64,000 bases of DNA from Phoronis australis (lineage: Eukaryota; Animalia; Phoronida). The stretch is taken from NCBI GenBank assembly GCA_002633005.1, contig NMRA01000580.1, forward strand, positions 62,001 through 126,000. Direction: 5' to 3'. Position 1 is the first letter of the stretch; the number at the start of each line of letters is the position of its first letter. The translations under genes were made by a program, and so were the position numbers. Below are positions 51,318-64,000 of the stretch, piece by piece. The notes under the pieces were generated by a model that worked only from the letters and a program-made list of their open reading frames with translations, had not been told where the DNA came from and did no database searches.

Positions 51318-53339
51318 AAGTAAGGTACACCTATGTACTTTGAACATCGAGAACAATGTAACCCGGACGAAAGACGAAATTTAAATCTAAATCATCGTTT
51401 TGGTTAAGGAATAAAAGGTAGTGCGTGAATGTATTAAATGTTTATTCATGTTTACCAACATTATGATAAAGCGTGCGGTTATATTACGTGTGGTCAGTTA
51501 AGGAAAAAATCGTATTCATTTTGAAGACATTGCGAAGGTTTGACTATATAGTATAGTTCCCTTGCTCAGTTCCAAACTTGTGCACCAAGGTTATCTGTTT
51601 TTATGCTAATGGGACCAGTTTAACGTCATTCGAAATTGAAAAGTAACGCAGTAGAGTAAACACGTTTAATACTCATGCAATAGTTTGACTTCCCTCCACG
51701 TTCGTTGTTATCCAAAAAGCAGATACTTACTAAGTACCACACCCAGTGACAGACGTTCGAGACCCAAGAACCTTGTAATCACACAAGATTTCACGAGATA
51801 TCCCCTTATACTACAATATTACAAACAACTAATTCTACGTGACCACAATAATTTCCTTTGCAAAATTCTGGTGTCTATGGAACACAGCTTAGATCTTTTT
51901 TGAACTATCGCGTGTTACGAAATCCTGCGCAATCATGTAGGTCTGCGCAAAATGTACTCGCCGGTTGCCTAGCTTGCCTATAATGTTGTGCATACACGTA
52001 AATGAGCTATTTGTAGGACTCCGCTGTTTCTGCTGGTTGAGACTATAGTGCCACTCATCAATCTTCAAATGCCAGTTCCTGCATGTCTTTTCCATTTCCA
52101 ATATTTGGACATCGAAAAATCGTGTTTAGCTGAACCCGGGCAGTCTCTGCAATGACATATTTTTCACGTTCAGGTTTTGAAGATGAATGCTGTTGGCTAA
52201 AAATGTCATACAAATTAAGCTGCACTGTGACTACAGAAATTACAATAGGCTAATGCCTCGCCTGTTGCAGGAGATGAGAAATAAACGATGCTCCACAGAT
52301 ATATCCACTTGCCTAGTTGAATGTTTTTCGAGAACTATAACATTATAAATCAACAAAACTTCCTTGTTGATCTTTCGACTCTCGGACATTTTTGTTTATA
52401 CCTGAAACCCCTCACGGATTTGTGAAGAACTGTTGTATTATTACATCAGCCTTAATGCTTTCCGGTAATATGCAGAAGACTACTATTACATTGTGGTTCA
52501 TTAATTTAAAAAACAGAGGGATAAATTCCGATGCCATTGTTTGATTAGGTTGAGTTTAGTAATATATTTTGGCTTTAGACGTCGGCTGGGATGCAAATTC
52601 ACTGTCCATTCGGCCGCAGTTCTTCGTAGTGGGGAATGTATGGAACATGACGTCCTTCATCCATAGGTTTTACAACAGGTTTTGCCTTTTTCCTTAAGTC
52701 ATTAGTATATGCTTCTGTATATCAGTGAAAATTTGCCGGCATTATGAAAGCAGGAAAGGTTTTAAAATGCTGTTAGGTTGAAAACGCTAGTCCAAATTAC
52801 AACAGATTTGTAGGTGGCGCTGAACGCCTGTTCACCAAAGACATGATCGCCGCCTGGTGCATGGGCGGCGCACCATAGGGGGCTGGGGGTATAGCCCCAC
52901 TTATTTCAGTGCTGGGTCGCCCATGGAATCCATGGGAGGCGCGTTATAGGAGGCTGGGGGGCTATAGCCCATATGATGGAATAGTGAATTTCAATATGGC
53001 GCGGTAATTTCGAAGTCAGATATTGTCTTGTGAGGGACACTGCTTGGAAAATCTAGCGAATTTATGATAAAGGCAGGTTTTGTGACTATCTGAGATAGCA
53101 TATTTACAGGACGTGGTTCAAACAAGTATATTTCAGTGTATTGTGGAACATATCTAAAGACATAGTGAAGTGGAATTTGACGGATTATCTATGCCTCTGC
53201 TGTGCTTTAAAGTTGTTGGATGAAGAAGTATTCCTATAGCCTAAGGGGTAAACACGGATGTGTGTTGGAGGCAGTGTGAATTTTGATGTGAGAGAAGTAA
53301 TATAATGAAAGATATGGTTGCTGCAGTGCGAAATAATAC

Positions 53340-53835
53340 CTATTTATGACTGGCATCAATCCGCATTATGTCTGACATAAATCCAATTTATGTCAGACAA
53401 AAATCGGAATCATTTCAGTCATGAATATTCATGTCTGACATAATTCTCGAATAATATCGTTCATATACATTATTCATTAATATCCACCATAATGCTATAT
53501 ACATCAGACGTGAATAACATTAATACCCGCGGCTGTTCTATTTATATTTTGCATAAATTATATTTATGTCTGACATAAATTTTAGGTTGGGTGCGCGCAT
53601 GTGGTGAAATTCTGGTTGTTCTTGTGCCGTGCCCCTCCCCCTAACTCAAAATCCTGGATCCGCCCCTACCACCAGGCATTATTTATGCCTGACTTAATTT
53701 TGATTTATGTCAGATATAATTCACATTTATGTTAGACATAATTCGGATTTATGTCAGACACAATGTGAATTTAAGTGAGACATAATTCTGATTTAGGTTA
53801 AACATAATTTGGATTAATGTGAGACATAAGTCGGA
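53340..53835. repeat. Element built of direct and inverted atgtctgacataa motifs, with a nested GC-rich MITE fragment at about 53580-53672
   Basis: Repeated tatgtctgacataa / ttatgtcagaca. Confidence 0.6.
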
Positions 53836-56800
53836 ATTATTTTGCTTTGCGCCAACTATAGACGGACATGTTGATGTGTGACTTTCGTAAACAGCAAGCC
53901 AAACATATAATGGCTTGCAAACAGCAATATTGACAAAATTTATCCTGCCAGCTAGCCTTACTGGTAAACAACAAAAATCCACTCAGTTATGTAGCATGGC
54001 CGGAAACTTTATCAATATAAAAATCGGATAAGGACGCCCTTTAAAGGAAACAATCCACCCACTATAAGCATTTTTTTACAGTGCCGGGTTCAGCGTGACC
54101 TCTCTTTCTAAGGAGGTTAATCTTCTTTTGGTATGCTTTCTCTGACGAGGAAGGCATACAAGTGTCATTTATCTATATGACACAAATCTAAATAACTTAT
54201 GAAAGTAACAAAAGGGATACGTTGTTTTTAATCTTTGTGTTCATATATTTTTTACAAACTTGAAATACGCGACTCCAACTGAATTTTTTTATTAATGGTG
54301 TAATGAATGCATGGGTGATTAGTTTGAGCCAGGTGTAATTTAGTTGATGATGGATTACGTAGGATGATTAGGGAGATATAAGTTAACCTCACTTTCCATA
54401 TTTCGCGTGCCCTTCCCGTGAGTGTCAAGCTCTAGAAGTTCGAAACGGTCTAGCGGTAAGCACACTGAAGCTCTTTTCTTAACTTTCAGGATTGGCCGAT
54501 AGATGGCGGTCCAGAGTTGCACACGCGACCCGCTGCTGTACTTCGACTTTGACAACTTCAAACAAGCGCTGTGGGTAAAACCGAAAGTAATTGTCGGGTT
54601 AGTGGTGTGAATTAAAACTGTTTCTGTGTGAAAGTGGGTTTGCAACAGGTTTTTTTGTCTTGTACTTTCCCTCACAACAATTCATTATGTCTTAAATTTG
54701 CTTTTTAGTGTGAAAATATAAAAAACACTGTGCGGTTTTGATTTAATGCAAGTTTTGGAATTATTATTTACAGTATGCCCCCATATGAACACCTTATTTC
54801 ATTGTTTAAGCTTGTTCTATTCCATGTGTAATTTGAAGTTTAGCCTAATTTAAAAGTCAAATTTCATGGAAAGGTGCAAATGTAAATATTGGGTTTTTTA
54901 TGATACCAAAATTGTCCCCCCATAACAATGGTCGCAGCAATATAAACAAGCCTCTTGTGCCCGAGGTCTATTAGGGCCTCAAAAACCTAACTTGGTCCTC
55001 TATTTAATGCCTCCTAATACGGGGTTTAGATGGTTGTAGCAAAAAATAGAGGCTGGCACATGATGTAATTATTTCCATCCCTTGTAAAAGGACCCGATCC
55101 GCGTCTTTCACCTTGACCTCCAAGGCTGACGGTAGTTTCTGGTGGTCAATAATAGGTGTCGCTAAGACAATCATACTTGTTCGGATTCCGTAAGAAATAC
55201 CAATGCTTTTGAAAATACTAGTTAACCTGACTGCAGTGCTGTAGTGGGGCGTAGGCGCATACAGGCGCCGCCAACCACCTTTTGACATTTGAACGTAGCG
55301 CCTACGCACTGTAAGTTACGTTATAGTTGGGCTTAGGCTCACGTAGGCGCAGCCAACCATCTTTTTACATTACGGAAGACTTCCTTGCAGTACAACTGAA
55401 TGTGAGCATGGATTCAGCGAAATGAACCTGATAGTCAACCGACTCCCAAAGGACCCCGAGGACACACCCCACGGGCGACTGAAAACGCCGCCAACATATC
55501 GTTCCTGGGCGTTACGTGCCTACTTTCTTTTATTATTGTGTTTGGGCCCCTTCAGAGAAGTAAGGTGCTTGGAATGCACGCAGACCTTCTTCTTTGACTT
55601 TCTATGTGTGGATGGGCCCCCTTTCTGCGACATCCTAGATTCGCCACGACAGACTCGAAGTATAATACCCGGCCACTCGTGAGTCAAAAATAGGCCTACA
55701 TGTTTGTGAAGTTTTGCTTATTCAAAGCATTTTTAAAATTCAGTGCTCAAGGTGGGCTTTGGGCGCCTACTTACCTCTAATTTTACCACTACAGCACTGC
55801 CTGACTGTGAACAGTCGACAAAGTGATTGCACCCACAAGACAAAGCTAGGTACATTAATTGTTCTTTTTTGGGCGGTATATGTTTGTGAACCGTACTCAT
55901 TGACGAATGCGTATTCCCAACCTTTTGATTTGGTCTTCTGCGCGGATTTGACACTTTCGGAATTATTGCACATTTTTGTCACTGTTTGGAGTAGTTGATA
56001 AGCACCAGGGTTACAAGGTAAGCACGGGAATTGCAGTAGCAAAGGTGGACCCATGGGAGGCCGGGGGTTCGCTCGCCTTTATTGCCTCTCAATAAGTGAT
56101 CTTTGACCCCCACTGTATAAAAAGTCACCAAAACGCTGTTATGTAAAGGACACGTGTGGTGTGGAAATCTTTGAGTGTTTATATTAGGAAATGCCGCCTC
56201 AGAAGGACGTCATATCTGGGCTAGCATTTTGGAACAAATCTAATAAAAAGTTGTTTTTCAACAACATGTTTTCGAGCATCCTTTGATTTTTCTTCACCGG
56301 TTTCTCAAACGTCTCGTAGACGCACCTGTCTACCCCGCGGGGGGTCTGTGACCACCAATTAAGATTTCTGAAATTTTCGCCAATCAAAACTGATTTATAG
56401 TAATTCAATTTCTTCCAAAAACTTTCCCTCGGCTGCGGGAATTCCGCGTCTCGACTGAAAATTTAGTCAGCGTTCATTCGTATAATTCATATATAACAAG
56501 ATAAACGAGTTAATACCGTTAAAGGGGTTTGGTTTGAATTAGCGATGTGCCCTCTCTCATTGTTTTTTCCTTTGATATTGAAACACCTGCCCGTCCGGAA
56601 TGACCTCTGCCACCAAATCTGCTCAAAAGATTTTTTTCACTTTTGCCGTGCACAAACAACGTATTTTGTGACAAAAGTAGCGTAACTTTTCATTGAGTGC
56701 AACAAGCATTTGTATCAGTTGGCCTACAATGTAACAGTGGATGGTAACAATAATGTATAAAAACAAACTAATAAAATCAATTACATTTTAACCAACAGTT

Positions 56801-57749
56801 CTTATATTCATGTAACTAATTTTTGAAAAATGACCTGTAAAATATTTATTATGTAAAACTCAAATCGTTCAGCCCATGCCACTGATCGCCCCGTACTTGC
56901 AACCATGCGTAGCAGCGTAACATTTAATTTTTAAAGCGACACTATGGTATGTAATGGCGTTTCGCAACATTAGGTAGCGACAAAGTCAGTATAGACGCAA
57001 AATACAAACGCTTGTATACGTGAATAATTGAGATACCCAAGCTAAAATATCGGGGCATCATTAGCGTACATGTAACTGCTTATTCGTGAATTTGCACGTT
57101 TGTGAACCAGTTCTCAGTGGAACTCAGTAAGAGATGAATAGTTTGAATGACTGCAGTGTTTGTCATTCTTAAATGAACTCTTTTAAATGTTAAAACATTT
57201 CACTTGTATTTACTTGGTGTGGCTTAGTGTGATCCACCAATCGGCCGGAACAACTCTTGCTCATTAAGACGCATTTATTTTTTTAGACCATCCAATGCAC
57301 GCTTGACTTTTCCCGCTATCTGTTTTGAGTTAAAAAGACAAATTTTGGACGTGTTTCCTAAACAAATACGGCGACATGATACGCCATTTATACAGGTATC
57401 CGTTGACAAGTTAATTTCTAGGCTAATCGACACCACCTTTGCGGGTTTACTTCCATGCATGATCAGTCAGCACGAGCGCTGATATTTCTGGTACGCAAGT
57501 TAACGTATGCGACCTACTGTGACAAACGGAGATTCTAAGGTGTTTCACGTTTTAGAGTCGGAATGAGCAAGCTTGAATATCGAAAGTAAATAGTCGGAGG
57601 ATGTGTGTGGTCCTACAGTGTTCAGGTTAACGTTCGTAATAACTGATTTCCAGAGGCTAAAAATATGAAACACCCTAAAGACCGCAGAAAGTTAGGCAGG
57701 CAGGGGCGTACATGCAGTTAAAAACTTAAGGTAGATATATCATGGAAGG

Positions 57750-58110
57750 ATAGAGGGAGGGAGGGAGGNATATTGATATGTAGGCAGGCACGCGAGTTGA
57801 AGGTAGATGTGTTGTTAGGTAGGTAGGTAGGTAGGTAGGTAGATAGGTTGGTAGGTAGGTAGGTAGGTAGGTAGGTAGGTAGGTAGGTAGGTAGGTAGGT
57901 TGGTAGGTAGAAAGGTAGGTAGGTAGGTAGGAAGGAAGATAATTAGGTAGGAAGGTACATTATAGATAGATAGATAAATAAATACATAGATAGATAGATA
58001 TATTGATAAATATAGATATATAGAGGTAGATAGATAGATAAGTAGGTGGGTTGGCTGGTGGATGGGTGGATGGGTAGGTAGCTAGATGGATATCAAGATA
58101 GACAAACAGA
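57750..58110. repeat. (TAGG)n/(GATA)n microsatellite
   Basis: Direct inspection. Confidence 0.95.
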
Positions 58111-58558
58111 CGGCAAGTAGCTAGATGAAAATTTTTGTTAAAGTAACATATTCCACAATGTAATAATCATTTAATTTCATATAAAGGTACCCAGCCCTGT
58201 GCAGTCTTAGAAATCACTACATACAGATGACAAACACTGAGCAAAGTAATAAAACACGCGGTAAAATTAGTAGAAATACATGATGGAGTGTCGTTGTTAA
58301 AAATCGAATTAACTAATCTATTACATAGTCAATATCAGCATATATTATATTTCTGTAAATTGCTGCAGTTTCTCTTATTGGAAATTTTATATTAAAATGA
58401 AAACTGAAGCTCGTCTTCAGCCTGACGATTACACAAAATATGTAGTTGTTGGTTCCGGTGAATTTCTGCAATATTTCCAAATTTTCGTCTGGATTTCAAA
58501 TAAAATAAAAATGTCTAACGAAAATACTCGTTACTTAAAATGTTGTTATGCACGGAAA

Positions 58559-58710
58559 ACAGCTTATTATTTAAAATGACTTATTCTTATTAAAATGACA
58601 TAAGCAAAAAATTGAATTTCGAGGCCCCCTATATTAATATAGGAGTCCGAAATTCAATTTTTTGCTTATGTCATTTTAATAAGAATAAGTCATTTTAAAT
58701 AATAAGCTGT
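58559..58710. repeat. Near-perfect 152-bp palindrome
   Basis: 63-bp arms 58559-58621 and 58648-58710 are exact reverse complements; the loop contains the palindrome cctatattaatatagg. Confidence 0.9.
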
Positions 58711-58788
58711 TGGAAGTAATATTTTTCAATAAAATAATTTTAAATAAAGTAAAATTAAATGAAATTCTAATACTATGGCGTGTGGGTT

Positions 58789-58945
58789 TGTCATGCAAGG
58801 CCTCCATTCATTCGCTCTATTACACTGTCGTGCAAGGCCTCCATTCATTTGCTCTATTACACTGTCATGCAAGGCCTCCATTCATTCGCTCTATTACACT
58901 GTCGTGCAAGGCCTCCATTCATTCGCTCTATTACACTGTCGTGCA
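58789..58945. repeat. 37-bp tandem repeat, 4.2 copies
   Basis: tgtcrtgcaaggcctccattcattygctctattacac head-to-tail, no spacers. Confidence 0.95.
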
Positions 58946-61900
58946 TGATAAATCTGAGTGGAAGATCATTAACTTGTCAATTTAGAGAACACTCAAAATT
59001 TTAGTTTTAAACAAGGTGTTAATTTTTTGTTAGTTGATTGCAAGGCGATCGCCGTGTTGTTAGCCTTTCCAATTACATCCTAAAACCATTTATTCGTATT
59101 TTGAAACCCAGTTAAATGTGTAATTACTCTCACTCAATTAAAGTGGGCAAACACACGTGGTTTTGCTTTTCCACTTTTAGTTACGCGGTTTCACTTGGTT
59201 TTGAGCAGTCAAAACACGCATTTTCACAAGTGGATACAGTGTGCACTGGGAATAGAGGGGTTATGAATACAACGATGGTCCTCATTACAGACCTAATTGA
59301 AACCAGTGTTGAGCGGACATTATTAATCAAGCTTTATTGACGTCCAACAGTGAACACTGTTTACTAATCTTAATATTGGTCAATTGACAGAGTGGAACGA
59401 ACCCAAGTGATTCAATCTGGGTCACCTCACGTGGGCCTTCCAAACCGGTGCTCATTGCATTTCTCTTTGGGCCGGCAATGATTCGTGACCTTCCTTCACA
59501 CCCGGCGCACGGCCGCAGTTGTTTCGTCTGGTGGTCATTTTGATGAAAATTGACCTAGGCTGCCTCGTTCATCCCAAAATCTTGTGTGAGTACACTACGG
59601 TCAAATGGCACGAAAAGTGTACAACTCATTTCCACTGCTTGAGATTCTTTCCCGGCCACGAAGACTTAAAGGGACAATGACGCTAAACCCACGCCTTCGG
59701 TCAAAAAACAACTTATGATTTAGACCACTAGGATTATAAAATCGGCTCCATCAGAAAAAAATGCCTACGTTTGAGATTAACCGACAGGTAGTTATTGCTT
59801 CAAGTCATACCTACTGAAATGTTTGCCACAGCGGGTTAGTTTCAGTCAAGGCCTTCAGAGAGAAATTCCAGGCAATTTAATGTAGCCACGATTCAGACTA
59901 AGGATTACAACGTGACGCCGAAGCTTCTGAAGCTGAAGATGACGTTCTAACCCCATAATATGTATTTTTGTGACTTTAAACGTGATTTTTCACTACATAG
60001 ACTACCGCTACTCGGCGAACGCTGCTAAACAATTTTAGTTACAATACACCGCAGCATGTTCCGAGAATATTTTAAAGCCATTCTGATTTCCCCTACGCCT
60101 ATGGTTGTTTGACAGCTTATGCAAAGTAACATGTCCCCATGAATAAGTGTTTATGTGTACGACCAAGTGTTCCGTGCAACATACTGTCAGTGTGTTGTCG
60201 GCATGGTTGTACGTATGGGCAACACATGGAGTGCTCAACATCTGTTGACGCTGGCTGTTGGCCTTGACTGGCAGGACGTACTTACTGAGAAAGCAATCAA
60301 CGTTGCTGTCTAATACAGGACGGTCTTGCGTTTGCCAGTTTTACGTCTGAGGTTTTACACTACATTTGAACTAGGACCCAATACAATTTAACTGCCGTTC
60401 TATGAATAGTTGTCTTTGGTCGATAGTGGCGGTCTTCAAACTATCGCCCATCTTCGCGGAAGAAAAGGTGATTTAGTTGAACTTCTGTCGCTTTTATGGT
60501 TTCATTTCACTCTCTTCAATGAATAGGAATGTTCGGAAATCCAGAGTCCTTGACGTGGTTGTCTTGTTGCTTTTATCTTACGATCGGCCAGTTTTTAATT
60601 GCAGAGTAAAAGTCCTCTGGGACTGAAAGAAACACTTCCCCAAACTTTTGAGCCGTACAAACGCAAAGTATTTCGACGGAGAGAGCATTCAGAACCGGCT
60701 GATGAATGAGTATAACCTTTGACACATTTGTAGGTTATATAAGCAATTGCAGACTTCCAAACTGTATTTCTTAAAAGGAAATCGACTTTGCAACTAGTCT
60801 TCAGACTTTAAAAAGTGACCTGATTTTTCATGTCCGAATTCGGCAAAGTTACGTCAGGATATGATTATTCCTGTAGTGCGACTGTGAATTCCAGTTACTA
60901 AGTGTAAGCGTCGGCTTGTCTTTACTTACATCTAAACGCTTTCCTTGTCTCTGTGGCTGCACATTTAACATGCAATTGGCAGTTTTGAAAACTGGTATTT
61001 TAAAGACCAAGGTGAAAGGATAACTGATGCATTTTTGTGGCGTCAGCCAGATTACATTAAATCAAGTGATATAACCACCAATATAATCCCAAACATACCC
61101 AAAGTTCTATCTAATAACTCCTTTGCCTAGCTATCAGATAATTAAAGAAAGCCAGTCTCATTAAAAACTTAACGAAGGAAGTTAGGGATATAAAATTGTC
61201 GGATTAGACTTAACATTCTCCAGCTGCTTCTTAATTTTGCTAGTTAAATTTTCTCAATGGGACGCCGGCTGCACTTGGAGCCCGTTCACATGCACCTGTC
61301 TCCTCACGCATATCAGTGGGTTTCGTTATGTGACGTAATTGAATATAAAGTGAATAAATGACGGAGAACGTGGACGCGTTCCTTCACTATAGATGCTCGC
61401 CAGCCACAACTGGTGAGATCACGTGATTCGCTTATCCATACATGGCGATATGTATTGAAGATTTGAAAGATCTTGCGAAACTCTTTCTGATCGCAGGCCC
61501 TTCTATACATAGTCTCCTTGGTTATTACACTTATTAGACAAATAATCCTGTTCTGAAGTAAATATAGGAAGAATTGCTGCAGATTGCCCTCGGTCATCAT
61601 CAGTCTTCGCCGCCAGGTGTAATGACTTTCGCCGCCATATAGATGTTGTTAGCTTCAAGGTAGATCTACAACTCCTACTCAGCAAAGTGATTCAAGATAG
61701 TTTTTCTTGGTGAAGGGGAGCTGTTCCTCCACTTTCTCCAATGCCTCAGTGGCCTGACTATCACAAGTTTGGTCCATAATGTTTGATGAGCAAAATCGGT
61801 ATCAATAAGTGCACAGGTACCTTAAGTGATAAAAAGGTACGTGACTAAATCATCACATTGAACGATACCTTAGATATGCCTGGAAGTACTCGGCGCAATG

Positions 61901-64000
61901 CAATTCGCGAAGGAAGGTTTCGTGAAATGCTGGCCGATGCTGAGCGCCGATAGTGCTGGTTTTCTGGATGCAAAAATGCCGGCTGCAGATGCTGCCTATT
62001 AAAAATTGAAAAAATCCGACATTTACAACCGTTCTCACTCCGTTTGTATAATGCCCGCCTCCACGGCGTTATGTTGTGGCCCGCCCATGCCGTATATTTA
62101 CCACCGACCAGCTGTGATGTTGTAGTGACACACATCAATTCGCGCCAACGGTAATTGCAAAGCAAGAATGTGATCTTATCTCCTAAATGGCGTACAAATT
62201 TGTTTTTACTTTTGTAAAGTTCTCCAAGAACGTGGCTCGCTTCTGTCAGGTGCGGTTGGATGGTAAACATGCGTTAAATGTTTACGACACATTTAAATAA
62301 ACGCCACATAAACAATTGTCATTTGAATGTTCACGCAGCCGTTTAAATTTTCAATCTGTTGGTTGTCGTACTTGCCTCATGTTTAATCAACACATAGCGA
62401 ACATCATAAAACTTGATTCTCCATGACCCATATGCCAAGTTCAATTCATTACAACCATTCGTTATTTAATACACAAAAGCTTGCTCATGATATCCGTGAT
62501 ATCTCATTCAGGAGCACTGGATAAGTTGCCGTAATGAGGAGGGCCCATGAGGAGGACCCATTTGACAGTTCCAAGATATTTCGCCTAAGCTACAAGAGCG
62601 ACAATGTACTGTACATTGTGTTTTTGTTGTAACTCCGTATACGAGATATGTGCAAAAAGTTGTACTTATGATGAAAGAGTGCTTTGAAATGTCAGATTCC
62701 ATAAAGGTGAACAAACGAAGCTCTGCAGGACGGCGGAAGCTCAATCGTCAGGGTTTGACAGTGTGTAAAAAATCTTGTCTCTTGGTGGTGTAAAGGATAT
62801 TACAAACAACCACTACTTGAACCTTTTAAAATGTTCAAACCTGTGACGTCATGTTCACGTGTCTCGAATGAATTTTTGCGCACTTGACACGCACGAGTCC
62901 TGTAACTAAATAATTGAAACAAGGTCGTGCACTGCGTATATTATAGGACATGGGCTGCGTTCTGCGAGAGGTTCGCGAAACACAAGCTTGCGGCGAGCAA
63001 CGTTCACTTATAGAAACGAAGCCGTGTTTGTTCTTCCAAAATTCAACTGAACTTTCCAGCCCCATCGACTAAGCGCCTGAGTGAGATCCACTCCCGTGAT
63101 TTTGCGTGGTCTTGCGTGACTTCACCAAATTCACAAAAAAACTCGCCCTAATGGAACGCACTCATAGACCAAAGACCCTCACGATAACACCAAGCGTGAT
63201 TACTCTCTTCACTTGAAATGCCTAGTGAAATTTTGCGACAAACTTACGCGATTTACGTTTCGAGAGATTTTTACCTTTACGGAACGCGACCCAGGATTGA
63301 CATTACTTACTGCTTACTGCGCTATTGTGAGGCAAATATACGATGGAGCGTAATCAAATATGCAGCAACTTACTCCAATCGTTCTCTTCACGTCACGGAA
63401 CCGAAAATCGCAGAAATGAGACGGTTTCAATTCTTCAGAAAGATCCAATCATTTTCTTCAACGCCAGGAGAATAATTGTAACTAACTGAAAAGGTTTAAT
63501 TTACATTTTTCTCCAGAACTTCACCTGTGTGAATGATATTGTATTGCTGTTATCTACAAAAAAACTGGTGAAGAAACCATTCTGTTAGGAATGCAGCAAA
63601 GCGCATGATTTGAAATTGTTGAAGCAGCTAGTTAATAATCCAGAAACAATTGCAAGTACAAACCAATATGTCTGAACTTTGATAAGAAATACTGCATGTA
63701 TTCTTTAGTTTTGTGATAACTTTAGATTAGTAGTTTCTTGTAACAAGTCAATGGTCACTTAAATAACTTTTAGGAAAACTTTCACAACAAGCAATGCAAA
63801 CCTTTGAGTAATGATAAAAATTCTTACTGTTCAAGTGAGAGGCCAGGTAGCGGCATTTTATCACGGTTATCAGTAAAAGTTGACAAAGCACGCAAACACA
63901 TACTCGAGTTGATCAATTCATGTCTTGCCCATCAGTCCAAACGATAACACAATTACACAAATGCTAACCTTAAACAAGAACAACTATGCGTTTTATCTTT

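Noticed and set aside
51890-52760. Possible minus-strand transposase remnant
   Set aside because: Only faint motif resemblance; cannot assign a family.
58789-58945. 37-bp repeats as a CRISPR array
   Set aside because: Units are directly adjacent with no spacers; eukaryotic context with no cas genes.
60000-61830. Possible decayed minus-strand gene (vaguely NACHT/NLR-like)
   Set aside because: Many stops, no Walker A or other diagnostic motif recognisable by eye; needs a frameshift-aware search.

Overview
Eukaryotic (metazoan, probably marine invertebrate) genomic DNA: intron-rich, TE-rich, with one ~730-nt N gap. I reconstructed two multi-exon + strand genes from GT/AG boundaries whose coding introns are all phase 1. 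Gene A (5479-23211, first and last exons unresolved) encodes IgV-like + Ig-like + thyroglobulin type-1 + Ser/Thr-rich microexon stalk + CBM14-like chitin-binding domain, with decayed paralogous exons upstream (1964-2875). Gene B (32162-51317, about 1060-1070 aa) encodes signal peptide + 3 Cys-containing FN3 domains + furin-like site + TM helix. Its cytoplasmic region, encoded in one 2.2-kb exon, has about 8 helical repeats ending in a domain that closely resembles the dynein heavy-chain microtubule-binding domain (MTBD). A single-pass receptor with a motor-less dynein MTBD is the most striking observation. The rest is TE debris (Kolobok, hAT, Academ-like, Penelope with a degenerate hammerhead, MITEs), satellites and hairpins. 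All domain calls are by eye from motif recognition; no searches were run.
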